Positions 56,656 through 64,000 of a stretch of DNA of 64,000 bases are shown in pieces; the first letter of the stretch is position 1, and each line of letters starts with the position of its first letter. The notes below the pieces were generated by a model. That model was not told the DNA's origin, searched no databases, and saw only the letters and a program-made list of their open reading frames with translations. Source of the DNA: Zootoca vivipara (taxonomy: Eukaryota); assembly GCF_963506605.1 (NCBI RefSeq), contig NC_083277.1:6944001-7008000 (forward strand), written 5' to 3'. Made by a program: the position numbers and the translations under genes.

Positions 56656-57223
56656 TACTGAAACTCAGTAATAATAAGAAAAGAATAATAAATAAAGGAG
56701 GATTAGACAAATTTTGGGAATGATAGGGATAGAACTGCCTAAATTTTATAGAAATTTATTCATGTATGTGACTACAGCGGCAAGAATGTTACTTGCCCCA
56801 AAATGGAAAGAAGCAGAAGTCCCAGCACAGGAAGAATGGATACAAAAACATACGGAATATGCAGAAATCGCAAAACTTACCGGAAGAATAAGAAATCAAG
56901 ATAAACTTTTTATAAAAGAATGGAAATGGTTGATTGAATATTTGCAGATAAATTGTAAACAGGTAAGAACGTTGGCATGATTATATTGTAATGACCTGCC
57001 GTTTCGTAAGAGTACTGTATATATTTGAAGTGGGTAGATAAATGAGCAAATTTAGTTGTTTTGGATATGCAGAAGATATTAAGAATGAATTTAAGGAACC
57101 GCGGAAAGAGGGGGGAGGAAGTCAAGTTTCAAAATGATAAGATGGTGGTAAAATTGGTGAAATGTATAAACTTGAAAAGCATGATTTTTTAATTTTTGGG
57201 GGGAAGAGTCCTAGTCTCTTGTG

Positions 57224-57319
57224 CATAGCTGTCAAAATTTCCCTTTTCTCGCGAGGATGCCTATTCAGCATAAGGGAATTTCCCTTTAAAAAAAAACAAG
57301 AGAGAACTTAACAGCTATG
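57224..57319. mobile_element. 96-bp mini-MITE
   Basis: TIRs CATAGCTGT / ACAGCTATG, related to 62498-62776. Confidence 0.6.
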
Positions 57320-57321
57320 CT

Positions 57322-57356
<35 letters not shown>

Positions 57357-57399
57357 CAAAAATAAAATCCAATGAAAAACCATGCAACACGCTAGTCCA

Positions 57400-57742
57400 G
57401 TTGCAGGGGGGGAAAAGATCCAGCGGTGCGCCAAAGCTCTCCGCAATTTCCAGGCTTTCCAGGCGGGGGAATGGATCTCTGCAGATCGCAGGTGGCCATA
57501 GGATTGCAGGAGGCAGCGATCTTTCCCCCCTGTCATCAAAAGGGTTAACCCGAGGCCGGTTCCTAGAGAGGAGCGGGGGGGGGGAGGGGGAGGGCCAGAG
57601 GCCCCTCCCCATCCTGTCTTGCAGATCAGGGAAGCTGGAGAGGAGATCCCATGGAGAGAAGAAGGTGCTTTGTGGTGAGGCTGCGCCCTGATCCTGCATA
57701 AGGAGCCGGGGTTTATTTAAATCGGGGTAGCAGGGAAATCCG
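57400..57742 (+). promoter_or_regulatory. Putative promoter and non-coding exon 1 of the SCAN-KRAB-ZNF gene
   Basis: CpG-rich. Donor CCG|GTGAGTCTCTCCTCTTGCATTTGG is paralogous to CTG|GTGAGCCCCTCCTCTTGCATTTGG at 45312. Confidence 0.6.
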
Positions 57743-57965
57743 GTGAGTCTCTCCTCTTGCATTTGGTGAAGGATAGCATGGGGATGTCATTGCTATTTAT
57801 TATTGTGATTATTATTATTTACAGGTAGGTAGCCGTGTTGGTCTGACGTAGTCGAAACAAAAAATAAAAACAAACAAGTTCCTTCCAGCAGCACCTTAGA
57901 GACCAACTAAGTTTTTCATTGGTACGAGCTTTCGTGTGCATGTGTGTATCTGAAGAAGTGTGCAT

Positions 57966-58702
57966 TGGGGTGATGACTTTTTCATTTCCCCCCCCTCAAA
58001 AATTATTTCCTGTAGCACAAATGAATGAACTTTTGCCTATTAATGACTAAAATGAGGTATATTCCATCTGATGAAGTGTGCATGCACACGAAAGCTCATA
58101 CCAAAATAAAAACTTAGTTGGTCTTTAAGGTGCTACTGAAGGAATTTTTTTATTTTGTATATTCCATTGAAATATTAAAAAAGGTTACGCACAAACTGTT
58201 TTTAATTTTTTTTTGTATGCCGTTTTACCATTTCATAAAATTGTATCAACAATTCTATATATATTTCATATCTAATTTGGACACAACACCACATTTCACA
58301 ATGGGGAGTGTTCTTAGCAACATAGGGTATACAAATGTCACACCTGCGCAAGGTAAAAGCCCATTTTTGGGACCTCAAAACTCAGCCAGCAGACCCTGGG
58401 AAAAGAACCTTCAGGAGAGGTAGCAAAACATCGTCCTCTAGCGGCGTCTATACTGTTACTGCATCTAAAAAAAGCTTCCTTGTGTGTTTGATGACCCTAT
58501 ATAATGTTGGGTTCAATTTTATATCTGCTTAAAGTGACTTCAAAAATGGTCAAAAAACTGATAAATAATTTTTTAAAATCATTTTGTGTGTGAGGTCTTT
58601 TTTTATCAAATCTCTTTGAAAGTAAGATTTTATCTAATCTTTAATGAAAGCTCATCAAATTATGATACACGGAAATGAGGTTGTAAAAAAGTCATCACCC
58701 GA
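57966..58702. mobile_element. hAT element inserted into a Penelope hammerhead, itself carrying another Penelope terminus
   Basis: TIRs TGGGGTGATGACTTTT / AAAAGTCATCACCCGA with 8-bp TSD GTGTGCAT. Confidence 0.8.
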
Positions 58703-59244
58703 GTGTGCATGCACACGAAAGCTCATACCAATGACAAACTTAGTTGGTCTCTAAGGTGCTACTGGAAGGAATTTGTTTTTTTATTTTTTTTGTTACGATT
58801 ATTATGTTATGCATGTTTGCATTTTCATGTTGCAAAATGCCCCGTGATCTTTGAATGAAGGGCGGTGTGTAAATCTGAATAATTATAATAATAATCTTCA
58901 TCATCAGTGCTTTTTTTTCTTCTTAAAAAACCACCATTTTATAGTTCGAATCGGGGAAAATAAATACAGTAAATGGACAAAAGTACAAAGATTCACAAAA
59001 TATTTAGAGGTATGCATCCCCCCCAGGAAAAAGCACTAATAATAATATTAATAATTATGCCACCACCAGATTTGCAGTGGGGACTAGGAGCCTGGGAAAT
59101 GCAAGGGGGGGAGGCAAAGGGGGAGAGAAAGCCCCCAAGTGAGGAGAAGCCCAGTAGAGCTGGACAAAATGGATACTGACAAGCTGGAAGGTGGGGGAAG
59201 AGGAGGGCGACCGGGATGATCAAGGGTCTGGAAACCAATCCTTA

Positions 59245-59610
59245 GGAGGGAGCCTGGAAAAGAAGAGACTGGGAGGAGATAGGAGAGCCATCTTAAAATA
59301 TCTCAAGGGCTGTCCCATGGAGGAGGGAGCAAGCTTGTTTTCTCCTGTTCCGGAGGGTAGGACTCGAACCCATGGCTTCAAGTTACAAGGAAGGAGATTC
59401 TGACTAAACATACGGGAAAACTTTCTGACAGTCAGAGCTGTTCGACAATGGAATGGCCTCCCTTGGGAGGTGATGGACTCTCCTTCCTTGGAGGCTTTGA
59501 AAGCAGAGGTTGGATGGCCAACTGTCAGGGGTGCTTTAGCTGAGATTCCTGCATTGCAGGGGGTTGGTCTGGATGACCCTTGAGGTCCCTTCCAACTCTA
59601 AGATTCTATG
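59245..59610 (+). mobile_element. CR1 3' end
   Basis: SLEKKRLGGDRRAILKYLKG motif; ..CCCTTCCAACTCTAAGATTCTATG tail. Confidence 0.9.
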
Positions 59611-59746
59611 AGGGACTGGGGAGAAAAGCCAAGCAGGCATTTGTCATCACCACCATATACCGGTATTTCTTATACCCCCACTAACAGGAAAAACAGCAGC
59701 AACAACAACAACATCAAACATTAAAAGCTTCCATGGGGAGCCTGCT

Positions 59747-59885
59747 TAGAATCATAGAACTGCAGCATTGAAAGGGACCCCAAGAGTCATCTAGTCCAGC
59801 CCCCTGCAATGCAGGAATCTTTCACCAAACATGGGGCTCAAACCCACAACCCTGAGATTAAGAATCTCATGCTCTACTGACTGAA
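59747..59885 (-). mobile_element. tRNA-Lys(CTT)-derived SINE with CR1 tail (P.s.1/SINE-like)
   Basis: TCAGTCAGTAGAGCATGAGATTCTTAATCTCAGGGTTGTGGGTTTGAGCCCCA is joined directly to AGATTCCTGCATTGCAGGGGG..TTCTATGATTCTA. Confidence 0.8.
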
Positions 59886-60213
59886 ATACAGTACGCTAGT
59901 GGAAAACAATGACTTTATCTACATATATACTATATATACTGTAGTTTTGTAACCTATATAGTTTATTTTGTTATTGTTGTTCTCCTTGGCCTTTTAAAAT
60001 GTTTTTCTTAAGGTATCCTTTTTATTTCCCCCCCTTTACTTTTTATTTTTATTATTTATCTCCCTGCAATCGATAAAATAAAATATTTTCAAAATGTTAT
60101 TATTCACAGGTATCTTTCTCGGCTGTGAAGGTCTCCGTTTCCTCGCTTCTTTGGCCAGCTTTTTCCTTAAGGCGGCATCTGACCGAGGAGGGAAAGGGAC
60201 ACGTTTTTCAGCA

Positions 60214-62826
60214 ATGTCGGAGGCTCCCTTGGATCATGCGCTGAAGGTGGAAGAGGCAGAATTGGCTGGTCCAGTGGCAGGGAGAGGCTTCCACGCCATC
60301 CGAGCCGCAGGCAGCAAAGGATGCTGGGAAAGCACCCGGCAAAAGGCCCTGGGCGAGGAGGACCCACTCAGCTCAGATGCTCGGCGCCAACGTTTCAGGC
60401 ACTTTCGCTACCAGGAGGCCGAGGAACCCAGAAAGGTTTGCAGCCGACTCCACCATCTCTGCCGTCAGTGGCTGAACCCGGAGAGATACACGAAAGCTCA
60501 GATGCTAGACCTGGTGATCCTGGAGCAGTTCCTGGCTGTCCTTCCCCCGGAGATGGAGAACTGGGTGAGGGAATGTGGAGCAGAGACCAGTTCCCAGGCG
60601 GTGGCCCTGGCTGAAGGTTTCCTCCTGAGCCGGGCAGAGGACCAGAATCTGGTGAGAGACAGTTTCATCCTGATAACACAAAGGAGATTCCCAAAAATAC
60701 TGTGAAACCCTGCCAGTTGGCCAACTTTCTCTTCGGAGGTGACGTCCCATTCCCTACCTGTCTTAGGGCATTTTTTCTTCCTAACCCTGCTCTCTCTGAC
60801 TCTCTGTCTGTCTGTCTTTAATCCCTGTTTTCCTTACAGGGCCTGTTTGAAGCACTGGCAGTTTCTGAGGCAAAAGAGGCTCCATTGATGCTGGAAAGAT
60901 CATCTCTTTGTGCTGGAGCTACTTCTCAGCATACAGATCAAGTAAGAGGAGGCATAGGATCATAGAGTTGGAAGGGGACATGTGGGTCATCTAGTCCAGC
61001 CCCCTTGTAATGCGAGAACAGGGCCTTCTCTGCAGTGACTCCCTGTCTGTGGAATGCTCTCCCCAGGGAATTTCGCCTGGCGCCTTAATTACACACCTTT
61101 AGGCGCCAGGCAAAAAATGTTCCTTTTTAATATTCTGTTGGGAGCTGCCCAGAGTGGCTGGGGAAACCCAGCCAGATGGGTGGGGTATGAATAATAAATT
61201 ACTATTATTAACTGTGAGCGGGAAATGGTCTCTTTCCTTTCAGGTTCTGGTGACGCTCGAGGAGGTGGCTGTACGTTTCACCAAGGAGGAGTGGGACCTG
61301 CTGGATACGAGCCAAAGAACCCTGCACAGGGAAGTCATGGAGGAGAACGGTGGCATCGTGGCCTTTTTGGGTAAGGCCCCTTGCCCACTGCACTGATGAT
61401 AAGACCCTAGTGAACCTTTTCCTTTTAATACAGGGGTCAGCAACCTTTTTCAGCCGTGGGCCGGTCCACCATCCCTCAGATCATGTGGTGGGCCAGACTA
61501 TTTTTTTGGGGGGGGGAATGAATGAATTCCTATGCCCCACAAATAATCCAGAGATGCATTTAAAATAAAAGCACACATTCTGCTCATGTAAAAACATGCC
61601 GATTCCCAGACCATCCGCGGGCCGCATTGAAAAGGCGATTGGGCCGCATCCGGCCCATGGGCCTTAGGTTGCCTACCCCTGTTTTAATAGATTACAAAGC
61701 AGGGAGAGTTGGCTGTTCCTTTTCTTCCTAACAATCAAGATATGTCCGTCCGTCCGTCTGTCCGTCTGTCCGTCTGTCCGTCCCCGGTAGTCTCATCTGA
61801 GAATAAGATATTTCCTGCCTATTTTCTGCAAGTGCTATGATACGACAACAAGTTGAAGTCCATCTAAAAAAAAAGTTTATGAGCTATTTTTAAAAGAAAT
61901 TTGCCAAAATCTACACCTTCAACATGGGTTGCCGGACATTAAGGCACTTTCCGACGGGGAGCTGTTTCCGACAGCCGAATCCCGGACGTATGAGAACCCT
62001 ATTTGCCTCAAGGCATATTTTCTGGCAGCTTATCTAATGTATTTGTTTATTTGAATACATATCAGTCAGAGTGGCGCCCACCCTATGGAATGCTGTCCCA
62101 TCAGATGTCAAGGAAATAAACTTTTAGAAGACATCTGAAGGCAGCACTGCTTAGGGATTTTTTAAAATGTTTTGTGTTTTGTTGCTTAGTATTATTATTA
62201 TAAGGGACGCGGGTGGCGCTGTGGTCTAAACCGCAGAGCCTAGGGTTTGCCAATCAGAAGGTCGACGGTTCAAATCCCTGCGACGGTTGCTCGGTCCCAG
62301 CTCCTGCCCACCTAGCAGTTTGAAAGCACGTCAACATGCAAGTAGATCAATAGGTACCTCTCCAGCGGGAAGGTAAAGGGCGTTTCTGTGCGCTGCTCTG
62401 GTTTGCCAGAAGCGGCTTTGTCATGCTGGCCACATGACCTGGAAGCTGTACGCTGGCTCCCTTGGCCAGTAAAGCCAGATGAGCGCCGCAACCCCAGCAT
62501 AGCTGCCAAGTCTCTCGCTGAAAAATGTGGGATCAGCAGTGGCGCGGCACCGGAAGTCGCTTCTACGCATGTCCAGACATGCATAGAAGCGACCTCTGGT
62601 GCCACTCTGCCCGATTTCCGGTGCCCAGACATGGGCAGAGCGGCACTCGAAATTGAGCCTCCCTGGCAGGTAGGAAATCAGGGGATTTCTGGGATTTTTT
62701 TCTATTCGGGATAACAGCAGGAAACGGATTAAAATCCGGGGGTTTCCCACGAAAAACGGGAGACTTGGCAGCTATGAACCCCAGAGTCATCCGCGACTGG
62801 ACCTAACGGTCAGGGGTCCCTTTACC

Positions 62827-62875
<49 letters not shown>

Positions 62876-64000
62876 TTCTGTTGGGAGCTGCCCAGAGTGG
62901 CTGGGGAAACCCAGCCAGATGGGTGGGGTATAAATAAATTACAATTACAATTATTATTATTAAAGTGTGGGGTGCTATATTGGGAAAGGCATCAGGTGGG
63001 GGGGGGCAACCATCTTGATCCTGACTTGTATAGCAAATTTTTCTCCTTTCCCCTATTTCCATTTTGTCACTCACAACAGCAATCATTTCTTAGTTACTGT
63101 CCTTGGATTTCAGGCTTAACCAGTTGTCTCTCTTCTTCTCAGGAGATGAAAGAGCCAAGTGTAAAGAGAGGGGACAGCAGGGGAGAAAACCAGAAGGAAA
63201 ACCGGAGACGAGGAGGGAAAAACCCTCTTCCTCCCAAAGGGGCGATGTTGCTGAAATCCCAGTGGGAGAGGAAATAGAGGACGGAAAAGAAAGCGGCCAG
63301 TGCTCTTTGTGCGAGGACAGTTTCGTCTGCACGGCAAGCGACGCGGGGGGAAAGCTCTTCGAATGCATCAACTGCAGCAAGAGCTTTTCCAAAAATTCCT
63401 ACCTTCGGAAACACCTCCGTATCCACACAGGGCAGAAGCCGTACAAATGCGCCGAGTGCGGAAAGAGCTTCAGCCAGAGGACAGACCTCAAGAGACACCA
63501 GTGGATCCATACGGTGGAGAAGCCGTATAAATGTCTCGAGTGCGAAAAAAGCTTCACCCAGAAGAGGAGCCTCAGTACACATCAGATGAATCACAGAGGG
63601 GAGAAGCCCTTTAAATGCCCCGAGTGTGGGAAAAACTTTGCTCAGAAAAATTACCTCACGATACACCAGCTGACTCACAGGGAGGAGAAGCCGTATAGAT
63701 GCTTGGAGTGCGGAAAGAGCTTTGGCCAGCTCAAAGATCTCAACAGACATAGGCGGGTTCATTTTGGGGAGAAGCCGTATAAATGCCTGGCGTGCGGCCA
63801 GGGCTTTTGGTACGAAGGCCACCTTAAAAACCACTTCCGAATTCACACTGGGGAGAAACCGTACACGTGTTTGGAGTGCGGAAAGAGCTTTATTCGGAAA
63901 ACTGACCTCAACAGGCATCAGAGGAGTCACACCGGGGCAAAGCCGTATCAATGCTTGGAGTGTGGGAAAAACTTCACAGAGAAGAAGAACCTCAGTTTAC
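60214..64000 (+). CDS. SCAN-KRAB-C2H2 zinc-finger gene (ZKSCAN-like); exons 60214-60651, 60840-60941, 61244-61370, 63143->64000
   Basis: SCAN exon 438 bp (phase 0), 102-bp linker (phase 0), canonical 127-bp KRAB-A exon [35 protein letters not shown] (phase 1), then a ZF exon open to the window end. All junctions GT-AG and in frame. Confidence 0.88.
61431..61681 (+). mobile_element. hAT MITE
   Basis: TIRs CAGGGGTCAGCAACC / GGTTGCCTACCCCTG with 8-bp TSD TTTTAATA. Confidence 0.9.
62204..62826 (+). mobile_element. Sauria SINE interrupted by hAT MITE (62498-62776)
   Basis: MITE TIRs CATAGCTGCCAAGTCT / AGACTTGGCAGCTATG with 8-bp TSD AACCCCAG. The SINE resumes on both sides. Confidence 0.88.

Noticed and set aside
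53674-59885. Functional tRNA-Asn and tRNA-Lys genes
   Set aside because: Stems are broken, the Lys T-loop is mutated (TTTG), and both adjoin CR1-like tails.

Overview
This is vertebrate genomic DNA, most likely a lacertid lizard, inferred from Sauria/Squam-type SINEs, BovB, CR1, L2, Penelope and hAT repeats. The window is a C2H2 zinc-finger (KRAB/SCAN-ZNF) gene cluster with seven finger arrays. They are a direct-repeat pair (<1-592 and 10046-11858), an inverted head-to-head pair (18024-19133 minus, 31117-32565 plus), a two-SCAN pseudogene (39.2-42.4 kb), a 19-finger gene with a truncated KRAB (45.97-51.6 kb), and an apparently intact SCAN-KRAB-ZNF gene running off the right end (60214->64000, mostly absent from the ORF track). 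The rest is densely nested transposable elements. The most notable signals are: (1) minimal hammerhead ribozyme motifs in several Penelope-derived repeats; (2) a recurring 5S rRNA internal promoter fused to a CR1 3' tail, a candidate SINE3 family, alongside tRNA-Lys/CR1 and tRNA-Asn/CR1 chimeras; (3) a composite 2.06 kb Helitron; (4) a bipartite AA(G/C)GGTTAA...TTCCTAGA motif at the predicted 5' ends of most ZNF genes; (5) divergence of DNA-contact residues between young paralogs; (6) a ~200 bp intronic foldback. All calls are by eye with no searches run, and repeat boundaries without target-site duplications (TSDs) are approximate.
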